64,000 nt of DNA from assembly GCF_020745735.1 (NCBI RefSeq), contig NC_083413.1, positions 80,697,612 through 80,761,611 of the forward strand, read 5' to 3'. Under the pieces are notes generated by a model. It saw nothing but the letters and a program-made list of their open reading frames with translations, was not told where the DNA came from and did not search any database. The first letter of the stretch is position 1. Every line of letters begins with the position of its first letter. A program made the position numbers and the translations under genes. Positions 50,061 to 61,975 of the stretch are shown here, in pieces. Source of the stretch: Hemiscyllium ocellatum (taxonomy: Eukaryota).

Positions 50061-50747
50061 GAGTCTGGGTAGGTTGAAGTTAAGCTTTCTATGACTGCTC
50101 TGGATTCCGTACAGAAATAGGAAAATGGAAACAAAATACAGTGGACTTTGGCCTCTCCTGGGTCCTGGTCCCAGATTAATTAAAAAATAAAATTTGAAAA
50201 AATATTTAGGAAGTATAAAATAGGAGGCCTCCTGTTTTAAGACCAAGGTGTGAAGAATTTTTTTCTCTGTGGAATGAGAGTCATTGGAGTGTTCTTTCCC
50301 AGAGAGCGATGAAGTCAGGCCCATTGATTTTTTTTTTAAAGACAGAGGTAGATAGGTTTTTGACAAATGACTAAAGACCAGGGTTGTGGGAGAGTAGGTG
50401 GGAAAATGGACTTAAGGTCGCATTGAGATCACCTGTGTTCTTACGGAGCAGACTCAAGGCACTGAATGGCCTACTCCTGGTTCTCATTCACATGTTCCTA
50501 CCTGAGTGTTGGTCTCGTGGGAAGCTTGGGGAGCCTTCATCCCACACAAACACCTCGAGTTACAATCACAATTGGCTGGCTGCTAAATTCATTTACATCT
50601 GATTAGCATATATAAAACAGGTGCTGCTGGACTGAAATAGTTCAGGAATCAATTTATTAAATATGTTTATTAATCTACTAAATTAAAAACGTTTATTAAT
50701 AATTCAGGAATTGATCATTAATAAAAAATTAACTAGTTATGCCAGAA

Positions 50748-51042
50748 TGGCATGGTGGCTCAGTGCTTAGCACTGCTGCCTCACAGCACCAGGGACCCGG
50801 GTTCGATTCCAGCCTCGGGCGACTGTGCAAACTCCACACAGACATTCTCCCCGTGTCTGCGTGGGTTTCCTCCCACAGTCCAAATATGTACAGACCAGGT
50901 GAATTGCCCATGCTAAATTGCCCCATACTGTTAGGTGCATTAGTCACAGGGAAATGGGTCTGGGTGGGTTAATCTTTGGAGGGTCGGTGTGGACTTGTTG
51001 GGCCGAAGGGCCTGTTTCCACACTGTAGGGAATCTAATCTAA
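50748..51042 (+). mobile_element. HE1-type V-SINE
   Basis: Head GGCATGGTGGCTCAGTG..., tail CACACTGTAGGGAATCTAATCTAA; short internal inversion/deletion. Confidence 0.85.
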
Positions 51043-51743
51043 TTCCAAGTCTTGAGTCACACTAGCCAGTTTTTGTCCTCCAGGCAGTATTCTGATTTAT
51101 TAGAAATCTTGCAGGAAAGGAAAGTAATCTTGTACTTCTGTCATCATGTCCAAAACTGCCTGATAACGAGATAATACTTCTGAATTTTGGTAATGGTTAT
51201 AGTCATGGGATGGTTTCAGCATGTTAGTAGGCTGTTCAGTCCTTCACAGCTAGCTGTTTGCCCCCATAAGCACCTTGCCGAGTGAGATTCCCATGTCTTC
51301 TCTCTGTAACACAGCACAGTCTTCCTTAATGAGAAAATATGGCTGCTTGATTTACATGCGAATGTTAGTTAAAGAAAAACTATTGGCCATCAAGTGGGGA
51401 GAACTCCCTTACTTTTTAAGTTGTCCCAGTTTTTAATTTGTGCCCACCTGAGTGGGAGAATGGGTTATTCATTTAACATTTCATCAAATGATGCCTCTTC
51501 CAACAGTGCACACTGTGTTGGTGCTGAACACTGTTGGTACTGCACTGTATGTCAGTCTGGAATTTGTGTTCAAGTCCCTCGGGGTGGACTTGACCTTCTA
51601 ACCTGACTGCCAAGGTGAGTGTGCCACCAATAAGCCAAGGATTTGGAAATGGAGTGTTTGAAGAAAGTGAAATGCATAAAAGGGTGGAGATTCTGCAGGA
51701 AGTGAGCAAGTCATTTACCCTCACCATCTTCTTTCACTGACAG

Positions 51744-52282
51744 ATGGCCAATCACCAACTCTCGATCCAGACACAGCAAACCCATACCTCGTTCTGACAG
51801 ACAACAATAAAACAGTGTCGGCGTCGAATTACATCCAGGTGTTTCCGAAAAGTACACAAATCTTTGACCGGTGGCCCCAGATCCTTGGTGCTAAGGGTGT
51901 GAGTTATGGCCAGTCTTACTGGGAGATCCAGGTGAAGGATGGTGACGGGGCCTGGAGCATTGGAGTGTGCTACAAGAGTATCAACAGGAAAGGAGAGGGT
52001 AATGACTGTCTGCTGGGGTTTAATGATAAATCATGGTGCATCCACTCTGGGCCAGATGCCCTATCAGGTCTACACAACGGCAGGAGAATTGCAGTGAAGG
52101 CAGAGAAACCCTCCACAGTTGGAGTGTATATCAATTTTGAAGGTGGGATAATCTCCTTCTACAGTGTGCCAGGGAGTGAACTCACCTTGTTGCACACCTT
52201 CAATGGAAGATTCACTGAGCCTCTCTACCCAGCCCTGCGGGTCCGAATGGGAGTGACCCTGTCCCTGTCTGTTCTGAAGTGA
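51744..52282 (+). CDS. TRIM exon 6 (PRY-SPRY/B30.2)
   Basis: GACAG acceptor. Encodes YGQSPTLDPDTANPYLVL...QSYWEIQV...WSIGVCY...LGFNDKSW...VGVYINFEGGIISFY...FTEPLYPAL. AATAAA signals follow at about 52658, 52671 and 53894. Confidence 0.95.
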
Positions 52283-55149
52283 TTGTTAAAACTCTGATAT
52301 ACACTGCATTCCACCATTGTGTTCGGTTTCTCTGTCAAAATTGCCTTCGTCACAAAAATTTGAACCTACAATATTGCAAAAAGTTGGTTTTCCTCATGCT
52401 GTTCCTATTGACGATGTGATCGATCCTTCAGCCCAGGCATGTCCAAATCTGGTTTGGTTCTAGTGGTTTACATGCTATTCTACTAAACTTCAATCCTCCT
52501 AAAAGGGCCAGTCAGGCATAATCTGTATCTGTCTTGCTTCAAATCAGGGTGCATGTATTTATTTAATATCTTCATGTGTAATTTAATATTGGTCAATATG
52601 TTCCTGAATTTGAAGTGAATGGATTGGTGAAAATCGAACTCCTATAGGAGAGAAAGAAATAAAATCTGGAAATAAAGATTAATTGCAAAAAAAAAGCTGC
52701 AGCTTGCATATTTGTCAGTGTGTCTGATTAGAATGGGCTCATTGCCAAGTTCTTTGAGAGATTGAATGTGAAGCACTAATTTGCTATTACAGAAGTCTCA
52801 TCAGCACATCGAACAAAGCCAAATTTCAAATGATAGCTGCAATTTATATTATTGGAGAAATGGTGTAACGTGGTTGAGCGTTGCCATGAGAAAGCATTGA
52901 TTCCTTATTCCCCCAGATAATTTGATAGAAGGCTCGAGGCTTGAACAATATGTCTGTAGAGCACAGGCCCTGTGTATGAATATTTGTCACTTCTAACAAG
53001 CCACAAGATGAGCTCAATTGATTATCATCATTGGCTGTTAGTATAACTATTAGTGCAGTTGGGATTGTTCAGCACCTGCAGGCCAATCACCTGTTTCTAA
53101 CTCGTTTTATTTTCAAGCTTTGTAAATGCAGGCTGGTTGAGTATGATCTGTTCTCTGCCTGTTATGAGCAGCAAAAGGAACATGCTGTTTGATTCAAACA
53201 ACCAATCACCAATCTGTGGCTTATTTTCCTGGCATTCCAGTGACACTAAAATCCATACACAGTCTTGCTCAACTGTGTTTGATAAGTAGAACCTTATTTA
53301 GCACAGCACTTTGTTAGTAGGAAACTGTGGCATTCTTGTTTCTGTCCTGATGATTCCAAGACAAATCTGTAGCACCACATCTTTCTGTCTCTCTTAAGCA
53401 ATGTTCCACGTACGTTAAAACTCTGAATGCATACATCAAATTGGTCTCTATGATTCAAACTATAGGTTCCAAGGTAATAAATAGTAGGCATCCTTGTTAG
53501 ATTTCAAAAACACACAGAAATAATTCTCACTACTGTCCAGTGTCTCACATCTGAACTTGAAGACGAATTAATTCTTGCATCAAACCCATCAAAAGTCGCT
53601 CATCTTGAAGAGAAATAGATTAATGTGCATGGTTTACTATCTGTGATATGAAAGGATGTTGCCATAAAAGGTTATACATTACCAGCCGAGTGATATATAC
53701 GTGAACAGCTTGAACTCTCGTGACCAGCACAGAATGTAGAACCACATGCGAAGAAGTCAACAAGTCTTGACCTTTATCAGTCTATGTAAGAAATTCATTC
53801 TGAATAAGAGCCTTGAATGTGTCTGATATCTGTGATATTGTTGTGTACATGGTGTATACTTTCGTTTTTCTATAATTGTGATTTTTAAAAAAAAATAAAT
53901 TTGTTTTAGTCAATCATTTGCAGCGCATTGCTGTATGATCGATGTGAAAAGTAATCATGGGGTAATTGCTAATCTCGTGGGGGCTGGGGGCTCTGCCAGT
54001 TCTCTCGTGGCTCTCTACCCATTCTATAACTAGAAACATGACCACTGAGGTTAGTCAAACCCTTACCTTGCCAGCAGTTTGACTTCAATCTTATTTCCGT
54101 GAATGTGTACTGGTTGTCAATGCTTTGAGATTAAGATGGATGGAGAAGTGAGGTTTTGAATGCTGTTGACATACAATAAACCTCACTTTAAACACCGACT
54201 GCATGCACTAAGCAGGATGGCAGGATGCAAGATTTATAATGTTGTCCTAACACGAACAGGCCACTCTGCCAAACTATTGCCATCTTGATGTTCCACACCA
54301 GCCTTTTTCAGCTTCTCTTCAGCAAGATCTGTCCTTCTAGTCCCTTCTCCTGCATATCTTTCTCTATCTTATTGGAAATCAGGGTCCCTCTTTAAAATTG
54401 AATTCCTCTACTATTTCATAATCAGTATTTTCTGTGTTATGGTAGCATCTCACCTTCAAATATAAGCAGGTCATTAACAGCAGGAGACAGAGGTAATAAT
54501 CTCAAAAAGCACTGAGGTAAAGATGCCTCATTAAGCATGCATTACCAATTTACAGTACTGTAAATATTCTGTTCTCAAATATTGTTTGGGAAAATAAATT
54601 CTTACTTATAAGCCTCACGTGGAGGTGGGCTAATGGCCTTTTGGGAGGAGAGTCTACCATCCTGACCAGTCTGGTCTATATGTGACTTTAGATCTACAGA
54701 AAAACGTTGACTTGTTAGGGCTGGGCAGTAAGTCTAGGCCTAGCCAGCAATGGCCACATCCTGTAAATGAATAAACTAAAAGGGGGAACAGTTAGTCTGA
54801 TGACTCTCTGCACATCAGAGACCATGTTAAAAGGACTTCACACAGGTTGACCCAGCACAAGCACCTGCTGTCATGATCAGGTACATCAGTGGGATGAGGT
54901 GGAGAAAGAGGATCCAGGGGAATGTCAGACTGAAGGAAGAATAAAGACTTGCCCACAAAGACTGCAAGACAGATGCTCCATTGCCCCCCAAACTGCTTGC
55001 CCTGCTCCTCCATTCTGTAGGATGGCCTTGGGTAAAGTGCTCTCATCCTTCATGGATCATATCCTTTCTTTTCTAACTGAGTCATGCATTGTATCTATAC
55101 TACTGGTACAGATGGGGAAAGGAGCGAGTTAAACAGTCAGGCAGGCCGG

Positions 55150-56700
55150 AACAAAGCAGAGAACAAGGTAGGACTGATAAATTAAACCACATTTATTTCA
55201 ATGCAAGAGGCCTAACAGGGAAGGCAGATTAACTCAAGGCATGGTTAGGAACATGGGACTGGGCTATCATAGCAATTACAGAAACATGGCTCAGGGATGG
55301 ACAGGACTAGCAGCTTAATGTTGCAGGATACAAATGCTATTGGAAGGACAAAAAGGGGGCAAGAGAGGAAGGGGAGTGGCATTTTTGATACAGCATTATG
55401 GCTGTACTTAGGATATTCCTGGGAATACATCTAGGGATGTTGTTTGGATGGAACTGAGAAATAAGAAAGGGAGATCACCTTATTGGGATTTTATTATAGA
55501 TCCCCCAATAGTCAGCAGGAAATTGTGAAACAAATTTGAAAGGAGATCTCAGCTATCTGTAAGAATAATAGAGTGGTTATGGTAGGGGATTTTAACTTTC
55601 CAAACATAGACTGGGAATGCCATAGTGTTAAGGGTTTAGATGGAATGAAATTTGTTCCGTATGTACAAGAAAAACAAGATTCGGTATGTGGATGTACCTA
55701 CCAGAGAAAGTGCAAAACGTGACCTATTCTTGGGAAATAAGGCAGGGCAGGTGACTGAGGTGTCAGTGGGGGATTACTTTGGGGGCCAGTGACCAGAATT
55801 TTTTGGTTTTAAAATCGTGATGGAAAAGGATAGACCAGATCTAAAAGTTGAAGTTCTAAATTAAAGGAAGGCTAATTTTGACGGTATTAGGGAAGAACTT
55901 TCAAAAGTTGATTGGGGGGCAGATGTTTGCAGGTAAAGGGACGGCTAGAAAATGGGAAGCCTTCAGAAATTAGATAATGAAAGTCCAGAGAAAGTATATT
56001 CCTGTCAGGGTGAAAGGCGAGGCTGGTAGGTGTAGGGAATGCTGGATGACTAAAGAAATTGAGGGTTTGGTCAAGAAAAAGACGGAAACATATGTCGGGT
56101 ATAGACAGCAGAGTTCGAGTGAATCCTTATAAGAGTATAAAGGCAGTAGGGGTATACTTAAGAGGAAAATCAGGAGGGCAAAAAAGGAGACATGAGATAG
56201 CTTTGACAAATAGGGTTAAGGAGAATCCAAAAGGATTCCATAAATATGTAAGGACAAAAGGGTAACTAGGGAGAGAATAGGGTCCCTCAAAGATCAGCAA
56301 GGCGGCCTTTGTGTGGAGCTGCAGGAGATGGGGGAGATACTAAACGAGTATTTTGCATCAGTGTTTACCATGTAGAAAGCCATGAAAGATGTAGAACATA
56401 GGGAAATAGAGGGCAACATCTTGAAAAATGTCCATATTACAGAGGAGTTGGTGCTGGATGTTTTAAATGCATAAAGATGGATAAATCCCCAGGACATGAC
56501 CAGGTGTACCCGAGAACTCTGTGGGAAGCTAGAGAAGTGATTGCTGGGTCCCTTGCTGAGATATTTGTATCATCGATAGTCACAGGTGAGGTGCAGGAAG
56601 ACTGGAGGTTGGCAAACGTGGTGCCACTGTTTAAGAAGGGTGGTAAGGACAAGTCAAGTAACTATAGACTGGTGAGCCTGACCTCGTTGGTGGGCAAGCT
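55150..56700 (+). mobile_element. CR1 LINE ORF2 fragment (endonuclease to RT)
   Basis: YRSPNS...VGDFNFPNIDW, DKSPGHDQVYPRTL...DWRLANVVPLFKKG...NYRLVSLTS. Confidence 0.88.
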
Positions 56701-57882
56701 ATAGTATCATAGAGATGTACAGCATGGAAACAGACCTTTTGGTCCAACTCGTCCATGCCGACCAGAAATCCCAATTCAATCTAGTCCCACCTGCCAGTGC
56801 CTGGCCCATATCCCTCCAAACCCTTCCTATTCATATATCCATCTGGATGCCTTTTAAATGTTGCAATTGTACCAGCCTCCACCAATCCCTCTGACAGCTC
56901 ATTCCATACATGCACCACCTTCTGTGTGAAAACATTGCCCCTTTTATATCTTATATATCTCTTTTATATCTTATTGGTCTCTTTTATATCTTATTCCTCT
57001 CACCCTAAATGTATGCCTTCTAGTTCTGGACTCCCACACATCGGGGAAAAGACTTTTGTCTCTTCAGGTGAAAGTGGGTACTGCAGATGCTGGAAATTAG
57101 AGTCTAGATTAGAGTGGTGCTGGAAAAGCACAGCAGATTAGGCAGCATCCAAGAAGCAAGTAAATTGACGTTTCGGGCAAAAGCCCTTCATCAGGAATTC
57201 CATCATAAGGTAGCCTATGGCACCCTCCCGTGTGCCTTACCTCTGAGTAAAATATTCACAGCTAGGGAACTAGTTACAAAGGGAAAATGACAGTTTAGAC
57301 ACTCAATTAAGATGGGAAACAGAAACGTGTGAGGGGTGCAGTCATCAGTCTGTAGTGTATTGGCTGTGCACACAGTAAAATGATAGTCTGGGATGTGTTG
57401 ATCTATGATGCTAACATGTTCTGGGGACAGGTTCAATACTAATCTTTGCAGGAGTTGGGGAAATGCTCACACAGCAGCTGTAGAGAGCTCCTTATCCAGT
57501 CAGAAGGCTGGAGCACTTAAAAGTCTTGTGCAATGAAGATGTAACCAAATTCACTTTCCACTGAAATCTGAGGAGTTGCTGCGCCTAGGATTGCTGCAGT
57601 GAACAGGAAGTGGGACAGCCTGACAAGGAACGCCAGTTTTACATCCTACCTTCACTCCCTCCTGTACACCTGAGTCTCGACCCATTTTAACAGTGGTTAC
57701 AGAGAGTAGAAGCAGCAATCAGAGCCAAGAGGATCAAACAGGAGACTCAGCTAGTGCCTGTGTGGTGACCCAAAACTCCATGCTAACGTGCCAAAGTCTG
57801 TTGTGATTCCTCCAGGAATCACAGGGAGAGATGCTGTCCTCTCTTCAATACAATGGTTGTGTTGATTTGATGATAATGGGGT

Positions 57883-58111
57883 GCAGATTAGAGTGGTGCT
57901 GGAAAAGCACAGCAGGTCAGGCAGCATCTGAGGAGCAGGAAAATCGACGTTTCGGGCAAAAGCCCTTCATCAGGAATTGCTCATGAAGGGCTTTTGCCCG
58001 AAATGTCAATTTTCCTGCTCCTCAGATGCTGCCTGACATGCTGCGCTTTTCCAGCACCACTCCAATCTTGACTCCAGTCTCCAGCATCTGCAGTGCCAAC
58101 CTCCGCCTAGT
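57883..58111. mobile_element. Inverted (hairpin) pLTR dimer with 12-bp TSD
   Basis: TGATAATGG(G/A)GT at 57871-57882 and 58112-58123; arms of about 85 bp. Confidence 0.8.
57944..57977 (-). ncRNA. Minimal hammerhead ribozyme motif, intact core
   Basis: Same CTGATGA-GGGCTTTTGCCC-GAAACGTC. Further intact copies at about 23816-23850 and 57163-57198. Confidence 0.7.
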
Positions 58112-59009
58112 TGATAATGGAGTCCGTCAGCAATTAACACTGGTTCTCCTACCACCACTATCCAGGACCTTTGCCCAGACTGCATGAAACGATGCAGTCA
58201 AATAGATCATCTTGACTGCAGTCTTGGAAAGAGAGGTCAGATGGCTTTGAAACTTGCTGGGACAATGTGAGAGATTTCAGCTGGGTATGGGAGCATTGTT
58301 GAAGATGTTCACCTTTCTGCTCTGCCTTTCCAATGTAGTGAAGCGAGGGTGGACACCCTGGTCATCCAGCATAGTTTGAGAAGAGGTTACAACTGAACAG
58401 AAGCCCCTTGCCATCAGTGAGATTATAGGGGCCCCAGTGAAAATTGGAAACCATTCAGAAAGAGATTCCATGATTGATACAAAGAGACTACATCATACAT
58501 TCAAGTTTAAGTTAAAAACAGTGTGTTTGCAAACATCAAGGATTTATAGTTGATTTGAGAAAAAAGTCAAAAGTTTGGACAGAAGTTTGACAATAGGACG
58601 AGCTTTACTTTTCAATTTCAGTTTTAAAAAATATGTTTTGTAAGAAGCTCTCAAAACGTACACATACTCTGAAGCTTGGCTGACACCCAGTTTGAACTCA
58701 GAATTTGGCAATTGAAGGAAAAAAATGAAAGATATGAGAAATAATCTTGTCCCTCCGTTTGTATTGTTTCTTGTTAAGGTAGACTTAAGAAAAAAAACTA
58801 ACAAGATTTTTAAGACAATTGGAATGAATGAGTAGGTCAAAGAAAAGACAATGATAATTGAAAAGGACTACTAGTCCATAAGATATCGGAGCAGAATTTG
58901 GCCATTTGGCTGGTCAGGTCTGCTCTGTCAGTTAATCAAAGCTGATATGTTTCTCAACCTCATTCTCCCGCCTTCTTCCTGTATCCCTTGATCCCATTAC
59001 TAATCAAGA

Positions 59010-60970
59010 TCAAGTATCAAAGGAAAAGAGAGAGCCTATAAAGTGGCCAAGAGCACTGGGAAATCAGAAGATTGGGAAGGCTACAAAAACAGAGGATAAC
59101 AAAGAGAGAAATAAGGAAGGAGAGGATCAAATATGAAGGTAGGCTAGCCAGTAACATTATAAATGATAGTAAGAGTTTCTTTCAATACATAAAAAACAAA
59201 CGAGAGGCAGAAGTAAAAATTGGGCTGCTCCAAATTGATGCTGGAAGCCTAGTGCTGGGAGATAAGGAAATAGCTGAGGAACTTAATAAGTACTTTGTGT
59301 CAGTCTTCATAGTGGAAGACATGAGTAACATCCCGACAATTAAGGAGAGTCAGGGGACAGAGTTGAGTATGATGGCCATTACAAAAGAGAAAGTGCTAGA
59401 AAAGCTAAAAGGTCTTAAAATCGATAAATCTCCTGGCCTTGATGTACTACATCCTAGAGTTCTGAGAGAGGTGGCTGAGGAAATAGCGGAGGCGCTGACT
59501 GTGATCTTTCAAAAATCACTGGATTCAGGGAAAGTCCCAGATGATTGGAAAATCGCTGTTGTTCAAGAAAGGATCAAGACAAAAGATGGAAAATTATAAG
59601 CCGATTAGCCTAACCTCGGTTGTTGGTAAAATTCTAGAATCCATTGTCAAGGATGAAATTTCTAAATTCTTGGAAGTGCAGGGTCTGATTAGAACACTTC
59701 AGCATAGATTTAGTAAGGGGAGGCCATGCCTGACAAACTGGTTAGAATTCTTTGAAGAGGTAACAAGTAGATTGGACCAGGGAAACCCAGTGGATGTGGT
59801 CTATCTAGACTTCCAAAAGGCCTTTGATAAGGTGCCTTATGGGAGGCTGCTGAGTAGGGTGAGGGTCCATGATGTTCGAGGGGAGCTACTGGCATGGACT
59901 GGGGATTGGCTGTCTGACAAAAGGCAGAGAGTTGGGATAAAAAGTTCTTTTTCAGAATGGCAGCTAGTGACAATTGGTGTTCAGTATTCAGTGTTGAGGC
60001 TGCAGCTGTTCACTTTATATATTAATGATTTGGATGAAGAGACTGGGGGCATTCTAGCGAGGTTCGCCGATGATACGAAGTTAGGTGGACAGGCAGGTAG
60101 TACTGAGGAAGTGGGGAGGCTGCAGAAAGATTTAGACAGTTTAGGAGAGTGATCCAGGAAATGGCTGATGAAATTCAATGTGAGCAAATGTGAGGTCTTG
60201 CATTTTGGAAAAAAGAAAATAGGCATGGACTATTTTTCTAAATGGTGAGAAAATTCATAAAGTCAAAGTACAAAGGGGTCTGGAAGTGTTAGTCCAGGAT
60301 TCTCTAAAGATTGACTTGCAGGTTGAGTCAGTGATTAAGAAAGTGAGTGTAATGTTGTTGCTTATCTCAAGAGGGTTGGAATATAAAAGCAGCGATGTGC
60401 TTCTGAGACTTTATAAAGCTCTAGTTAGGTCCCATTTAGAATACTGTGTCCAGTTTTGGGCCCCACACCTCAGGAAGGACATAGTGGCACTGGAGCGTGT
60501 CCAGCGGACATTCACACAGATGATCTCTGGAATGGTTAGTCTAACATACGATGAATGGCTGAGGATCCTGGAATTGTGTTCATTATAGTTTAGGTGGTTG
60601 AGGGGAGATCTAATAGAAACTTACAAGATAATGCATGGCTTTGAAAAGATGGACTCTGGGAAGTTGTTTCCGCTAGGCGGGGAGACTAAGACCTTAGAGT
60701 TAGAGGGGGGTCAATTTAGAACAGAAATGAGGAGACATTTCTTCAGCCAGAGAGTGGTGAGCCTGTTGAATTTATTGGTACGGAGCGCAGTGGAGGCCGG
60801 AACGTCAAATGTCTTCAAGGCAGGGACTGATAAATCCTTGATCTTGCAAGGAATCAAGGGCTATGGGCAGGTAAGTGGAATTGAAATAGCCATCAGCCAT
60901 GATTAAATGGCAGAGTGGACTCGATGGGCTGAATGGCCTTGCTTCCATTCCCATGCCTTATGGTCTTATG
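59010..60970 (+). mobile_element. CR1 LINE ORF2 RT and 3' end, frameshifted
   Basis: KSPGLDVLHPRVL, NYKPISLTSVVGK, VDVVYLDFQKAFDKV, FADDTKLGG, LEYCVQFWAP. Confidence 0.92.
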
Positions 60971-61379
60971 GTCTAAGAACCTGTCTGTTTCTAGCAATGA
61001 TTCACCACTTGAAGAAATTCCTCCTCATCTCCCTTCTAAAGGATTGTCCCTTCAATCTGATGCTGTGCCCTCAGGTCCAATCTCTCTTCCTAGTGGAAAC
61101 ATCGTCTCCATGTTCATTCTGTCCAGGCCTCTCAGTGTTTACTAAGTTTCATTCCCCCCTCATCCTTCTAAACTCTATCGGGTACAGACCCCAAGTCATC
61201 AACTGAACCTCCTACGTCAAGCCTTTCATCCCTGGGTTCGATGTTGTAAACCTCCTCTGGAACCCCTCCAATACCAGCACATCATTCCTTATGGGCCCAA
61301 AACCATTCACAATATTCCAAATGCCGTCTGACCACAGGTTCATTCAGCCTCAGCAGTACATCTCTACTCTTGTGTCTAG

Positions 61380-61975
61380 CTCTTTACCTGTACCTCTACC
61401 AATGTCATCTACTGTATCTGTTGCACCTGATATGGTCTCCTCTACATCGGAGAGCCAGGAAGCCTTCTTGCAGATCATTTCAGAGACTATCTCTGGAACA
61501 TCCATACCCACAACCCAATTGCTCTTTGGCTGAACACTTCAACTCCCCCTCCCACTCTGTCAAGGCCTCTTCCACCACCAAGCCATTACCACCCGACGCC
61601 TGGAGGAGGAAAGCCTCTTTTTTGCAAGGTATGAGGAAAGCCTCATATTCTGCCTTGGGACCCTGCAACCATATGGGATAAATGTGGATTTCAACAGCTT
61701 ACTCTTCCTCTCACATTATCCTAGTCCCAAGCCTCCAACTTGGCACCACCCTTCGGACCTGATCATCATTCCCCTCTCTCTGACCTCTCACCTTCTCCCT
61801 CACCTTCATCCACCTATTGCTTTCTGAGCTACTTGCCCCCATACCAGACCCCCTCCCATTTTTCTCAGCCCCAACTCACAAGCCTCATTCCTGATGAAGG
61901 GCTTATGCCCTAAATATTGATTCTCCTGCTCCTTGGATGCTGCATAACCTGCTGTGCTTTTCCAGCAACACACTA
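61380..61975 (+). mobile_element. Penelope-like element 3' fragment inserted in CR1
   Basis: LYIGE..., AEHFNSPSHS, and a pLTR with CTGATGAAGGGCTTATGCCC. Confidence 0.75.

Larger units (their letters stand above)
37813..52282 (+). other. TRIM E3 ligase gene (RING, B-box1, B-box2, coiled coil, PRY-SPRY/B30.2), TRIM25/finTRIM-like architecture, 525 aa
   Basis: Exons of 555+96+234+23+131+539 = 1578 nt splice in frame to a TGA ending at 52282. Confidence 0.92.

Noticed and set aside
59072-60906. Intact reverse transcriptase gene
   Set aside because: Several frameshifts and stops; a dead CR1 copy.
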